56,287 nt of DNA from a candidate division WOR-3 bacterium (GCA_026986535.1 JALSOK010000030.1:1-56287), one strand, 5' to 3'; shown: positions 9,125 to 18,869, numbered from the stretch's first letter. Made by a program: numbers and translations. The notes: generated by a model from the sequence alone, not told the origin.

Positions 9125-9906
9125 TTCTTTACCTGATGACTGTCACGGAGCTCCTGGTCGGCAGGGGAGCTTACGGAAACGAGCTGCTGGATAAGTTCAG
9201 CAATCCCCTCATGGTGGATGGGGGTGAGGTGGGATTTTCCACCAATCTCTGGATCATGGACAGCAGGATATACTCCGCCTTTGCGGGGAAGGGCAGGTTC
9301 GTCATCTATCTTTCCTACTACGACATGGGCTCCTTCACATACCAGTCCACTGTTCCCGACGACAGCTCCTGGCTCACATTCTCTCCATATTCCATGTTCG
9401 GAGCCCTTGCATGGAAATTCACTCCCGACAGGAATGTCCACATGTCCATAAGGGCGGGTTATTATGAGAACAGGGTTATGAACGATGGGGTCTCAGCTCT
9501 CCTGATGGATTTCGACCTGATGGCCACCTTCGGAAGGTTCGAGGGGGTTGCGTATTTCCACAACCTGAATCCCCTTCGCTTCTTCAGGGGGGGACAGCTT
9601 CTGGTTCCCTATATGCTCGGTGCAGGAATCCGATACACCCGGGACAGCTGGAGTGCGGTGGCCGGTGTGAGGAAAGTTATGGACAGGCAGATAGAGAAGT
9701 TCGCCACGCTGAACTACAGGATAGGCAGGCACTTCATGGCCGGAATTACCCTGGAGCCCGATTACCAGTACTCGAAATTCTCCCTCCATATGAAGGCGCA
9801 GAGGGGACCCCTGGCTCTGGCATACAGGGTGATGATCCCCTCCGTGCAGTCGGACCTCGTGCATATAGTGACGCTGGAGTACAACTATGCGGCCCCTGGA
9901 TTTTGA
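9121..9906 (+). CDS. Hypothetical protein, possible outer-membrane beta-barrel
   Basis: 261 aa with alternating aromatic/hydrophilic beta-strand-like segments and a C-terminal aromatic residue (..YNYAAPGF). Translationally coupled to parB (ATGA). No recognised catalytic motif. Confidence 0.4.
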   Translation: MILYLMTVTELLVGRGAYGNELLDKFSNPLMVDGGEVGFSTNLWIMDSRIYSAFAGKGRFVIYLSYYDMGSFTYQSTVPDDSSWLTFSPYSMFGALAWKFTPDRNVHMSIRAGYYENRVMNDGVSALLMDFDLMATFGRFEGVAYFHNLNPLRFFRGGQLLVPYMLGAGIRYTRDSWSAVAGVRKVMDRQIEKFATLNYRIGRHFMAGITLEPDYQYSKFSLHMKAQRGPLALAYRVMIPSVQSDLVHIVTLEYNYAAPGF

Positions 9907-10822
9907 AAGGCCCCTCTACGATATACTCGAGAAGATAAAGGAGCTGGAGATCCACCCCTCGCTCAGGCATAAGGTGGAGGAGCTCAGGAGGCAGGCGGAG
10001 GAACTGCGCAGGGACATATACGACAACCTGAGCAGGTGGCAGGTGGTCCAGATTGCAAGGCATCCCGACAGGCTTAAGGCAAAGGACTACATAGAAGCCA
10101 TATTCGAGGACTTCGTGGAGCTTCACGGGGACAGGCTGTACGCCGATGACCATGCCATAATATCCGGTGTGGGCAGGATAGGGGGGATGTCCGTCGTCCT
10201 CATAGCACAGGAGAAGGGCAGTACCACCACTGAGAAAATCAGGCGCAATTTCGGTATGCCCCATCCGGAGGGATACAGGAAGGCCATGAGGATGATGGAT
10301 GTGGCCCAGAAGTACCGCATGCCCATAATTACCCTCGTGGACACTCCCGGTGCATATCCCGGAATAGGGGCTGAGGAGAGGGGGCAGTTCTCCGCCATAG
10401 CATACAGCATCAGGAAGATGCTCTCCGTGCGGACCCCCACCCTTTCCTACATCATAGGGGAAGGGGGGAGCGGGGGTGCTCTGGCCATAGCCGTGGCAGA
10501 CAGGGTCTTCGCCCTGCAGTACAGCATATACTCCGTTATTTCTCCCGAAGGGGCTGCATCCATCCTCTTCAGGGATGCATCCAGGGCCCCCGAGGCGGCA
10601 GAGGCCCTCAGGATCACAGCCCGGGATTTGATGGAGCTTGGTATTGTGGATGGCATCGTGGAGGAACCGGTAGGGGGGAATCACTGGAATCCGTCCGCCA
10701 TGCTGGAGACTCTGCGGGAGCATATAATAGGCCAGATTACTGAGCTCGTGTCCATACCGATGGATGAACTCCTGGAGAAGAGGTACGAAAAGTACAGGAG
10801 AATGGGGCTGGTTTCCACATGA
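9887..10822 (+). CDS. accA: Acetyl-CoA carboxylase carboxyltransferase alpha subunit
   Basis: Typical AccA N-terminus (LDFERPLYDILEKIKELE), then HPDRLKAKDYI, FVELHGDR, DTPGAYPG, EERGQ and IIGEGGSGGAL. Confidence 0.85.
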   Translation: MRPLDFERPLYDILEKIKELEIHPSLRHKVEELRRQAEELRRDIYDNLSRWQVVQIARHPDRLKAKDYIEAIFEDFVELHGDRLYADDHAIISGVGRIGGMSVVLIAQEKGSTTTEKIRRNFGMPHPEGYRKAMRMMDVAQKYRMPIITLVDTPGAYPGIGAEERGQFSAIAYSIRKMLSVRTPTLSYIIGEGGSGGALAIAVADRVFALQYSIYSVISPEGAASILFRDASRAPEAAEALRITARDLMELGIVDGIVEEPVGGNHWNPSAMLETLREHIIGQITELVSIPMDELLEKRYEKYRRMGLVST

Positions 10823-11721
10823 GGATTCGAATAACCGAAGTGGGTCCCCGCGACGGCCTTCAGAATATAAAGGTTCCCATACCCACGGATGCGAAGGTCC
10901 GGATGGTGGACATCCTTTCGGAGAGCGGCGTGGAGGAGGTGGAGGTTTCTTCCTTCGTCTCTCCCAAATGGGTTCCGCAGTTGTCCGACGCGGAGGAAGT
11001 ATTTCGCCGCATAAAGAGGCGGGAGGGGGTCATATACTCGGCCCTCGTTCCCAACCTCAGGGGGCTGGAGAGGGCTCTCTCGGTGGGGGTGGATAAGATA
11101 GCCCTCTTCACTGCTGCCAGCGAAACCTTCAACAGGAAGAATACCAATGCCACCATCGAGGAGAGCATAAGGCGATTCATTCCGGTGGTGCGGGAGGCCA
11201 GGAATTCGGGGCTTGTGGTGAGGGGATACATCTCTACCGCTTTCCACTGCTACTTCGAGGGAAGGATTCCACCAGAGAAGGTTCTGGAAGTGGCGGTTCG
11301 CCTGTTCGATATAGGGGTGGATGAGGTGTCCCTCGGGGACACCACGGGAAGGGCAGTTCCCGAAGATGTAAAGAGGCTTTTAGAGGTTATATTGAGGGAT
11401 TTCCCCCCGCAGAAGATAGTGCTCCACTTTCACGATACATACGGAATGGGCATCGCCAATGTGTGGACAGCATACTCGGAATTCGGGATAAACCGCTTCG
11501 ATTCGTCGGCCGGGGGGCTGGGGGGGTGTCCATTCGTTCCCGGGGCCAGCGGCAATGTGGCCACGGAGGATGTGGTCTTCCTTTTCGAGCAGTCCGGTGT
11601 GGAAACCGGAATTGACCTCCGCAGGGTGGTGGAGGGGGCCAGGGTCATCGTGGAGGCCACGGATGGATGCGTTGGGCTGCAATCCCATATATCGAAGGTG
11701 CTCGAGAGGGGACGGCTTTGA
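10819..11721 (+). CDS. Hydroxymethylglutaryl-CoA lyase (HMGL-like aldolase)
   Basis: Motifs RITEVGPRDGLQN, SFVSPKWVPQ, HFHDTYGMGIAN and GLGGCPF. ATGA overlap with accA. Confidence 0.85.
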   Translation: MRIRITEVGPRDGLQNIKVPIPTDAKVRMVDILSESGVEEVEVSSFVSPKWVPQLSDAEEVFRRIKRREGVIYSALVPNLRGLERALSVGVDKIALFTAASETFNRKNTNATIEESIRRFIPVVREARNSGLVVRGYISTAFHCYFEGRIPPEKVLEVAVRLFDIGVDEVSLGDTTGRAVPEDVKRLLEVILRDFPPQKIVLHFHDTYGMGIANVWTAYSEFGINRFDSSAGGLGGCPFVPGASGNVATEDVVFLFEQSGVETGIDLRRVVEGARVIVEATDGCVGLQSHISKVLERGRL

Positions 11722-11978
11722 AAGAAGGGCGGGGAGGACCCCACCCCATTGTTCCGACCAGTGGTAGTCTGAATGGATTTTTCTACTGATACTGCCAATT
11801 GCTATGTCCTACCGCTATGGAGAGAAATTCTATTCCCTGATTCTGTACAGAATCAATCGAGAACGGTATTAATCCACGGTTTGCCCATCTACCCTGCGAA
11901 TTTTTCCACCGATGGGGAAAATTTCCTCCTGAATATGCAGGAAATCCTGCAGGAAGTAAAGAGGCAGATTAACTCTCA

Positions 11979-12431
11979 TCAGTCGATTATTCCCCAGTTC
12001 CTCAGCACTTCCAGGACCTCATCCACACTGTGGACCCGGACCATGCCCTCTATTTCGTGGGTCCTGTAGCCTATTATCTTCCTGTTCAGTATCTTCGCAT
12101 AGGCCAGTTCGGAGAGGGTCCCCCATGCCCCTCCCACTGCTATTACCACTTCTGAGGATGCCACCACGATGGGATTCCTGTTCCAGCCCATACCGGTGTT
12201 TATTTTTATGCTCAGGTATGGGTTTGCGTCGCTTCCATCGTATGTGGTCATTATGCCCACGCTTATTCCCCCTGCTTCCCTCACTCCCCGGGATACGGCT
12301 TCCATTACTCCGCTCCTGCCGCCGTTTATCACCACCACATTCCTCCTGCCCAGTTCTTTCCCCAGGCGGTACGCAAAGCTGTAGAGGTCCTCATCCGCAA
12401 CGGATGCCCCTATCACAGAGACCTGCTTCAT
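11979..12431 (-). CDS. TIGR00725/LOG-like Rossmann-fold nucleotide-binding protein
   Basis: Motifs VSVIGAS, VVINGGRSGVMEA and AVGGAWGTLSELAYA (LOG/DprA-like SLOG pattern). Start at ATG 12431 (MKQVSV), which has a TAAACT box 7 nt upstream. Confidence 0.7.
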   Translation of the reverse strand: MKQVSVIGASVADEDLYSFAYRLGKELGRRNVVVINGGRSGVMEAVSRGVREAGGISVGIMTTYDGSDANPYLSIKINTGMGWNRNPIVVASSEVVIAVGGAWGTLSELAYAKILNRKIIGYRTHEIEGMVRVHSVDEVLEVLRNWGIID

Positions 12432-12438
12432 GCGGTGA

Positions 12439-12444
12439 AGTTTA
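12439..12444 (-). promoter_or_regulatory. -10-like box TAAACT, 7 nt upstream of the LOG-like gene ATG
   Basis: The minus strand reads CTTTAAACT-TCACCGC-ATG. Confidence 0.4.
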
Positions 12445-12526
12445 AAGACCCTCTTTCCCCTGGCCGGGGGTGGAAGGGGCGGGTGTGAACTCTTTATAAT
12501 TTCCATCCTAACGGAGGAAGGGGGAT

Positions 12527-13264
12527 TTGAAAGCATTTGCCATTTCGATAGACGATGTGCTCGAAATCAACAATCCAGATACCATATTCGACCTGGTGAG
12601 CGATGGAAATCAGGTTCTGGTTTATATGGCTCCGGATGAGCCCCTGCATGTGCTCTTTCCCGTTCCGGAGGGTTTCGTCGGGGAGGTGATGGAGAGCCCC
12701 TATTCCCATTTTCAGGACTTCGGGGATTTTTCCATCCTCTTTCTGAGGCTGGGAGAGGGGAAGAGGCTCTTCGTAATCTCCCACGATGTGGTGGTCGTGG
12801 TGGGAGCGGATGCCCGCCCTGTGGAAAAGAGGTCCATCCACAGCTCCCTGGTCAGGGAAATCGTGGATTTCATCAGGGCTCACCGGTACGGGGTGGAAGA
12901 CATGCCGTTTGAAAAGATTGGCAGAGCGAAGCGGGAGCTCTTCAACCTCTCCAGGGCCGTGGAGGAGATGTACAGGCTGAATCTCAACTACTTTTCGCCT
13001 CAGGAGGGTTATCTCCTCATGAAGATGGCACGGGAGTCCAGGTGGAGGGCAATGGACCTGGAGGACCGCCGCGAGGAGATGAGGCTCCGTATCCTCAAGC
13101 CCGTCAGGAGATTCAGGTCCCTGGAGAACCTTCTGCTTGTTATGGCGGGGATAATGGTGGCGGGCTTCTTCGAGTGGCAGATTGTGAGAATAGGGGCGGG
13201 GGTGATTCTGCTGCTGGTTATGATATACCTGCTGAGAAGGCCCTCCTCAGATTCCCTCGAATAG
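12527..13264 (+). CDS. Hypothetical membrane protein (soluble N-domain, long helices, two C-terminal TM segments; CorA-like topology without a GMN motif)
   Basis: TTG start with GGAGG 9 nt upstream. The C-terminal hydrophobic segments are LLLVMAGIMVAGFF and IGAGVILLLVMIYLL. No family motif recognised. Confidence 0.45.
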   Translation: MKAFAISIDDVLEINNPDTIFDLVSDGNQVLVYMAPDEPLHVLFPVPEGFVGEVMESPYSHFQDFGDFSILFLRLGEGKRLFVISHDVVVVVGADARPVEKRSIHSSLVREIVDFIRAHRYGVEDMPFEKIGRAKRELFNLSRAVEEMYRLNLNYFSPQEGYLLMKMARESRWRAMDLEDRREEMRLRILKPVRRFRSLENLLLVMAGIMVAGFFEWQIVRIGAGVILLLVMIYLLRRPSSDSLE

Positions 13265-14305
13265 CTTCTCCAGTTTCTTTCTGAGTTCCTCGTTCCTGAT
13301 CTGCTCCACGCCGTCGGTAAGCTCCTCCCTGTGTTTCCTCAGCCATGCTTTCCCCCCTATATCCTTTGCCCTCTGTAGCATTGTCTTCATGATTTCTATC
13401 ATTTTGTCGGGTTTCTTCCTGGTGCTTTCGTTCTCCTCTGCTATGGATTCCAGCATCTCTTTCCCTATCTTGCTGCCCAGAATATTCAGATTCCTGTCGT
13501 AAATTTCCTGAAGTATCTTCAGGTCCTGGTTCGATATGAGCATGGCCTTTATCGGTCGGGGCTCCTGATTTGCCACTCCGGTTATAGCTTTTCCCTCTGC
13601 ATCGGGGAATGCCCTCGCAGTGAAGGTGCTGTCGGTGGAGTTCACTATCCTTATTCCCTCTTCGAATATCTCGAGCCGCTCGGAGGTTATTATCACTCCG
13701 GATTCCCCCTCCTCCGCAAACTTCAGCCTTATCTCCTGAATCGACTCCGGTTCTGCGGTGGATGAAGAGAGCATGGCGGATGTAAACACTTTCACGGCCT
13801 GCATGGAAGCGATGTACACATCCAGTTCCTTCGAGTTGTTTATGAAGTGGAGGAAAGCATCCTCCCCGGTGTAAATCCTCCCCTGAACCATCGCCCGGGC
13901 GTACAGGGGTTCTCCATCGGACAGGGCCAGAAGGGACCCTATGGAAATTAGAAATCCTGTAAAACGGGTGGAGCCGACCCAGTTCATGAATCTGAACAGC
14001 TCCTCCTGCTCGAAGTCCAGTTTGCTGAACATGAGGGAGAAGTGCTCGTTGTAGCCCCGGGAGGGGAATATGCTGTCCTTGAGGATGAGCCATCCTTCGG
14101 TTATGGTGGTGGGGGGTGTGTGCTCCAGTGGTTCTATTTTCCATTCCCCCTCCGATTTTATTAGCTCTATGAGGGCCTCCCTGCCGAATTTATCCCCTTT
14201 CTCGGCGTTCACAATCCGCCCCTTCAGGATGTCTATTTCCCCGTCCGGGAAGACGAACCTGACCGAAGACCTCTTGATTATAGCCTTTTGAATTTCACTT
14301 AACAT
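13247..14305 (-). CDS. Hypothetical protein, possible DUF4388/PATAN-like repeats
   Basis: The pattern F.G.l....l.l.dG....A.....G..A is seen twice (VRFVFPDGEIDILKGRIVNAEKGDKFGREALIELI; FTGFLISIGSLLALSDGEPLYARAMVQGRIYTGEDAFLHFI). Start at ATG 14305 (MLSEIQ) overlaps the queC stop; the track ORF runs to 14377. Confidence 0.4.
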   Translation of the reverse strand: MLSEIQKAIIKRSSVRFVFPDGEIDILKGRIVNAEKGDKFGREALIELIKSEGEWKIEPLEHTPPTTITEGWLILKDSIFPSRGYNEHFSLMFSKLDFEQEELFRFMNWVGSTRFTGFLISIGSLLALSDGEPLYARAMVQGRIYTGEDAFLHFINNSKELDVYIASMQAVKVFTSAMLSSSTAEPESIQEIRLKFAEEGESGVIITSERLEIFEEGIRIVNSTDSTFTARAFPDAEGKAITGVANQEPRPIKAMLISNQDLKILQEIYDRNLNILGSKIGKEMLESIAEENESTRKKPDKMIEIMKTMLQRAKDIGGKAWLRKHREELTDGVEQIRNEELRKKLEKLFEGI

Positions 14306-14942
14306 GGAGTCCCACCTCCTTGAAAGCCTTTTCCCTGTCCACACAGCTGGGACATACTCCGCAGGGCTCGTCTCCACCCCTGTAACAGCTCCATGTCATC
14401 TCGTAGTTGACACCCAGCTTGAGTCCCAGTCTGACGATGTCGGCCTTCCTGTAGTTGACGAACGGAGCTATGATCTGCACCTGGAAGTCGGGGTTCAGTT
14501 TCAGGACCCTGTTGAGGGCTTCTATGAACTGGGGTCTGGTGTCCCAGTAGCCGCTGTAGTCCTGCCTCTGGGCTCCGTAGTAGATTTCAGGAATTTTTCT
14601 GCTCTCTGCATAGGAGATGGCTATGGACAGGAGTATCATGTTCCTGTTGGGCACATAGGTGGATGGGGTCCCCTGTTGCGCCTCCTCCCAGGAGGGCAGC
14701 TGTGCCTTCTCATCCAGAAGGGCGGAACTGGCCAGCTCCCTGAGGAAGGAGATGTCCACTATCCTGTGTTCCACCACCCCCACCTCTCTGGCCTGCCATT
14801 TAGCCATTTCCAGCTCCCTGCTGTGCCTCTGACCGTAGTTGAAGCTGATGGCATATACTTCCCTCCTGAGGGTCTTCTTAACATAGTGAAGCAGGGTCGT
14901 GCTATCTATACCTCCAGAGAGCAATACGAGGGCCCTGCGCAT
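14295..14942 (-). CDS. queC: 7-cyano-7-deazaguanine synthase QueC
   Basis: PP-loop ALVLLSGGIDSTT and a C-terminal zinc cluster CYRGGDEPCGVCPSC. Start at ATG 14942 with GGAGG upstream; the track ORF starts at 15044. Confidence 0.9.
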   Translation of the reverse strand: MRRALVLLSGGIDSTTLLHYVKKTLRREVYAISFNYGQRHSRELEMAKWQAREVGVVEHRIVDISFLRELASSALLDEKAQLPSWEEAQQGTPSTYVPNRNMILLSIAISYAESRKIPEIYYGAQRQDYSGYWDTRPQFIEALNRVLKLNPDFQVQIIAPFVNYRKADIVRLGLKLGVNYEMTWSCYRGGDEPCGVCPSCVDREKAFKEVGLHVK

Positions 14943-14958
14943 CCGCGTGCCTCCTTCT

Positions 14959-17694
14959 TCAATATTCCAGTCCAAAGTATAAACTATAAACGGGTTTGCC
15001 CCAGGGGTCCAGCATCTTTTTAAGGTCGGTTCTCCAGGAGACATCCAGGATCACATCTGCGAATCCTATGAACCACCTGGTGCTGAAACCGAACGCTGCC
15101 TTCGGTGATGCCAGAGATCCGTCCGGATTGAAGAACCTGAATCCCTCATCGTCGAACCATGCATAGCCCATATCGAAGAACAGGGCTCCCCTTATGTTGC
15201 TCAGACGGATTGGCGGTATTCCGAATGTGATGTTTCTGATGAAGGGGAATCTGAACTCCGAATTCCACACGAAGAAGTTGTTTCCGAAGAAGAGGGATAG
15301 ACTCCTCCATCCCCTGACATCGTAGAAGATGAAGGGATTATCGTATGCATTCCTTCCCCAGACCCTTCCTCCAGCCAGACGGAGGGCCAGTATGTACCAC
15401 CTGGAGAATCTGAAGTACTTCCTTGCATCAGCCATGAACATGTGGTACTGGAGATCCCCTATCGGGGAGGACTGCAGACCCACAAATAGCCTGTCCCCGT
15501 CCACCGGCCCCCATGGATAGTACAGGGCTCTGTCGTGGGAAAACCCCACATAGGCGAAGGGACTGTGAAGGTACATAACATAATCCACGAAGTAGTCCCC
15601 GTTGGCATCCATGTACCTGGTTTTGTAATCATACCCGAACCCCATCTCCAGCCTGTCGAACCGATTGAAAGGATAGTAGGTGAGCATGTATCCACCCAGG
15701 TTCTTGTCCAGCGCCAGATAGAGGCTGTTGTTCTGAACCCCTATGGACCAGCTCCAGTACTGGTGGGCGTTGAGGTTGAGGTCCCATCTCCTCTTCAGGT
15801 ACAGGTAGTCCAGGAAGAACTGCATATTGGTTATGTCCTGCGTGTACAGGTCGGAGGAGAAGATGATCCAGTTGTCCCCCGTCCAGTCCGACAGCCCCAC
15901 TGTGAAGTATCCGGCCCCACCGTACAGGGTGGAGTATCCACCCGCTCCCGCTATCCAGTCAATGGAAAAGGCCACCTTGTAGGGTTTATTTACATAGTCC
16001 ACCGGCCTGTAGGTGTAGGGATGGGATTTTTCGGAAAAATACGATGGGTCCAGGGTATCGTAGATTTCCAGCTCATTGAAGACGAGTATCTCCCTCGCCC
16101 CATCCATCTGCATGCTGGTGGCCATCAGGTTGCCGTCCCTGTCGAAGGAGAAGGTGTATATACCGGTGGCCACATTGGTGATCCTGTAGAGCTTTCCATC
16201 CCTGTATTCGAAGAGGTTTATGGTCCCCCCGTACTCCAGGGCCAGAACGGGGTTGCCCTTTCTCAGGTCCATGTAATGAATCTTTCCCATATAGGGGCTT
16301 ATGCGCTTTACCTGTGTCCCATCGTAGGAGAAGATGGCATAATCCCCGAATCTGTAAAAGTCATCGTTCCTGTCGCTTATGAAGAGGATGTTCCCCTCCC
16401 TATCGAAAACGGGAAAGAGGTCCGTAAAGTAGTCATCGGTGATCTGGACCATGCTGTTGCTCTCTATGTGGTACACATAAATGTCCGGACGCCCATCCTT
16501 CATCCCCACCAGTGCTATGGACTTTCCATCGGGAGAAAAGGCGGGATACCTTATTCCATCCAGGTCCTTTACGGGAATCTTCCTTATAATCTTCCCATTT
16601 CTGGCGTCTGCCACATAGAGTATGTCGTATCCGGGTCCCCTTGCCACGAATGTGAATTTCTTTCCATCCGGGGAGAAGTCCAGTTTGGCCTCCAGGAGGT
16701 GAAGATTCTCCAGGTCCGGCCGCGTATTCCCCGATATTAGCTTCTTCTGATACTTCCCCGTGATGCTGGCCATGTATATGTCCGAGTAGTCGTTCCTGTC
16801 AGTAATGAATACGATTCTGTCCCCGCCGGGAGAGACATCGGGGGCGATGTTGAAGTACCCCTGCCCCTTCTGTCTGTCCGTGATCTGTACAGCGTATCCC
16901 CTGAGGTCGAATCGGGCCAGGTACGGATAGTACTTTTCTTTGAGCCAGAGGGAGAAATCCTTCGAGAAGTTCTCCATGGTTATGTTCAGGGTCTTTCTGA
17001 AGGTCTGCTCGATATTCATGGTAAAGGCGAGGTTGGAGATGAATTCCCTTACCTTCTGTCTGCCGTAGACCTCTTCTATGTAGTAGTAGATGGCCTGCCC
17101 CTCTTTGTAGATCAGGTATCCCCCATAGTTTCCGAGCTGTGTGACGGGAACGAGGAGGTCGTTCAGGACCAGGTCCCTGACATACACTTCCCCCGTTATG
17201 TCCCATCCGATGGATACATACTCCGCCATCCCCTCTATGGACCACAGGGGGATTCTTCCCATGCTCTGGGACAGGAGCCCCTGCGTGTTGCTGAACATTT
17301 CGTACTGGAATACATGGACCAGCTCGTGCCTGAGGACATGTCTGAATTCATCGTAGGAGCCTGCAAATGGAACGACAACCCTCCTCTTGAACACCTCGGT
17401 GAATCCACCGACCCCCTCGTCTATGAGGCTGAATATGACATTGGTCTGCCGGAAATCATCGGGGGAATTGTAAATCAGAACCGGTATCTTCCCCTTCGGT
17501 GTCTTCGGCATTACATCCCTGTATTCCTCGAATGCTTCTTCCAGTACCCCTATTGCAAAATCTTTCAGGTGGTCCCCCCCCTGATAGTAGAAGACCCTGA
17601 AGTGCTGACTTTCCGCCACTTTCCACTGGAAATCCCTGTACTGGACCTTATTCTTACCGAAGTAGCCCAGAAGGATGAAGAATGTAAAGGTCAT
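14959..17694 (-). CDS. Outer-membrane fusion protein: MA-clan metallopeptidase-like domain (HExxH) + TolB/PD40-type beta-propeller repeats + Omp85/BamA-type C-terminal barrel
   Basis: 911 aa. The short hydrophobic N-terminus is MTFTFFILLGYF. HELVHV motif near residue 130. Repeated PD40-like units (DVSPGGDRIVFI, FSPDGKKFTFV, FSPDGKSIALV). The C-terminus has the Omp85 signature RGALFFDMGYAW and the terminal aromatic ..LYFGLEY. Confidence 0.7.
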   Translation of the reverse strand: MTFTFFILLGYFGKNKVQYRDFQWKVAESQHFRVFYYQGGDHLKDFAIGVLEEAFEEYRDVMPKTPKGKIPVLIYNSPDDFRQTNVIFSLIDEGVGGFTEVFKRRVVVPFAGSYDEFRHVLRHELVHVFQYEMFSNTQGLLSQSMGRIPLWSIEGMAEYVSIGWDITGEVYVRDLVLNDLLVPVTQLGNYGGYLIYKEGQAIYYYIEEVYGRQKVREFISNLAFTMNIEQTFRKTLNITMENFSKDFSLWLKEKYYPYLARFDLRGYAVQITDRQKGQGYFNIAPDVSPGGDRIVFITDRNDYSDIYMASITGKYQKKLISGNTRPDLENLHLLEAKLDFSPDGKKFTFVARGPGYDILYVADARNGKIIRKIPVKDLDGIRYPAFSPDGKSIALVGMKDGRPDIYVYHIESNSMVQITDDYFTDLFPVFDREGNILFISDRNDDFYRFGDYAIFSYDGTQVKRISPYMGKIHYMDLRKGNPVLALEYGGTINLFEYRDGKLYRITNVATGIYTFSFDRDGNLMATSMQMDGAREILVFNELEIYDTLDPSYFSEKSHPYTYRPVDYVNKPYKVAFSIDWIAGAGGYSTLYGGAGYFTVGLSDWTGDNWIIFSSDLYTQDITNMQFFLDYLYLKRRWDLNLNAHQYWSWSIGVQNNSLYLALDKNLGGYMLTYYPFNRFDRLEMGFGYDYKTRYMDANGDYFVDYVMYLHSPFAYVGFSHDRALYYPWGPVDGDRLFVGLQSSPIGDLQYHMFMADARKYFRFSRWYILALRLAGGRVWGRNAYDNPFIFYDVRGWRSLSLFFGNNFFVWNSEFRFPFIRNITFGIPPIRLSNIRGALFFDMGYAWFDDEGFRFFNPDGSLASPKAAFGFSTRWFIGFADVILDVSWRTDLKKMLDPWGKPVYSLYFGLEY

Positions 17695-17701
17695 AGTCCA
17701 A

Positions 17702-17707
17702 ATGTTA
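17702..17707 (-). promoter_or_regulatory. -10-like box TAACAT, 7 nt upstream of the 911-aa OMP gene ATG
   Basis: The minus strand reads CTTTAACAT-TTGGACT-ATG. Confidence 0.45.
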
Positions 17708-17743
17708 AAGTTTTGTGCAGTTTTTTAAAGGACTTTCCGTTTG

Positions 17744-18832
17744 CTATCTCGCCACGAAGGTTGCCACTATCGGAAGATGGTCTGAGAAGCCCTTTCCCAG
17801 ATGCTCCGTGAATCCCGGACCCCTGTTGACCTGCCACCTGTAGGGGGTTCCCGAAGGGGTGAGGAGGTATGGGGGTTTGAATACATGGAAGGAGCCGGAC
17901 AGGTACGATATACCTTTTTCGTCGAACAGGCCTGCGCTCACGATTATGTGGTCCAGGGTTCCCCATTTGCCCGCGAAGAAGTGGCTTCCCCTCTGCTTTT
18001 CGGGAAGGTCATACCACAGGTTGTACAGATAGCCTCTGGACAGGAGTTTTTTGTTCCCTGTGGTCTTCAGGATGTCTATGAGTCCCACGACGATTTTCGG
18101 GTTGAAGGCGTCTCCGGTAACCACATCGCTCTGGGTCTCGTCATGGTGGGTATTGAAATCCCCCACCAGCACGATGTCCGCATCCGGATCCCGTTCCAGA
18201 ATCGAATCCACCACGGCCCTGACGATTTTCGCAATTTCTATCCTCATGGATTCGGGGCCGCTCTTGGATTTCCAGTGGTTGACCAGTATGTAGAGGGTGT
18301 CCCCGTTGATCAGAATCCCTGCCAGGAGCAGATTCCTGACCCTCTCTATGGTGTAGTATCCCCGCGCGAAGATTATGGGATACTTGCTCAGGAGGGCCAC
18401 ATTGACGGCTGTTCTCTGGGGCCTGTCCGCCACCACATAGTACCTGAACCCCTCCTCCCTGAGGGATTCCTGAATGGCGTGTACGCTTATCCTGCTTTCG
18501 ACTTCCTGAAGCCCTACTATGTCCGCCCCGGCATCTTTTATTACCTTCTCCACATGGTGAACCTTTATCCAGAAGAACTTCGACGAATAGTTGCTGGTCC
18601 CGGGTGAGTAGTCGCGGTACTCGGTTCCGCTGTAAACCGTATCGAAGAGATTCTCCACATTGTAGGACATAACCTGGAATATGGTGTCCCGGAAGGGGGC
18701 GGCACTGGAGTCCACATAGATGGTCAAATCGCTGGAAATCAGTCTGCTGGTTTCGCCTCTGGCCTTTGTGGCACCCGAACAGCCGGACAGCAGGGCGCCG
18801 GTCATCAGAATAAGGGGAATGAACTTCCTCAT
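17744..18832 (-). CDS. Endonuclease/exonuclease/phosphatase (EEP) family lipoprotein
   Basis: Start at ATG 18832 gives the lipoprotein signal MRKFIPLILMTGALLSGCSG. EEP motifs VMSYNVENLFD, IVGLQEVES, LVGDFN and SDHLPIV. Confidence 0.8.
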   Translation of the reverse strand: MRKFIPLILMTGALLSGCSGATKARGETSRLISSDLTIYVDSSAAPFRDTIFQVMSYNVENLFDTVYSGTEYRDYSPGTSNYSSKFFWIKVHHVEKVIKDAGADIVGLQEVESRISVHAIQESLREEGFRYYVVADRPQRTAVNVALLSKYPIIFARGYYTIERVRNLLLAGILINGDTLYILVNHWKSKSGPESMRIEIAKIVRAVVDSILERDPDADIVLVGDFNTHHDETQSDVVTGDAFNPKIVVGLIDILKTTGNKKLLSRGYLYNLWYDLPEKQRGSHFFAGKWGTLDHIIVSAGLFDEKGISYLSGSFHVFKPPYLLTPSGTPYRWQVNRGPGFTEHLGKGFSDHLPIVATFVAR

Positions 18833-18839
18833 CCTCCAA

Positions 18840-18845
18840 ATTTTA
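18840..18845 (-). promoter_or_regulatory. -10 box TAAAAT, 7 nt upstream of the EEP lipoprotein ATG
   Basis: The minus strand reads GTGTAAAAT-TTGGAGG-ATG. Confidence 0.45.
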
Positions 18846-18856
18846 CACTTTTTCTT

Positions 18857-18862
18857 TATACT
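18857..18862 (+). promoter_or_regulatory. -10-like box TATACT, 7 nt upstream of ATG 18870
   Basis: Reads CTTTATACT-TGTCTTT-ATG. It is divergent from the EEP promoter 12 nt away. Confidence 0.4.
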
Positions 18863-18869
18863 TGTCTTT

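Noticed and set aside
11773-12069. A 98-aa plus-strand ORF lies in the gap between HMG-CoA lyase and the LOG-like gene.
   Set aside because: Its last third is antisense to the conserved LOG-like gene. It has no motif, SD or -10 box. The 257-nt gap is more likely 3' UTR/terminator space for the convergent pair; a small TGCAGG-AAAT-CCTGCA hairpin lies at about 11935-11955.
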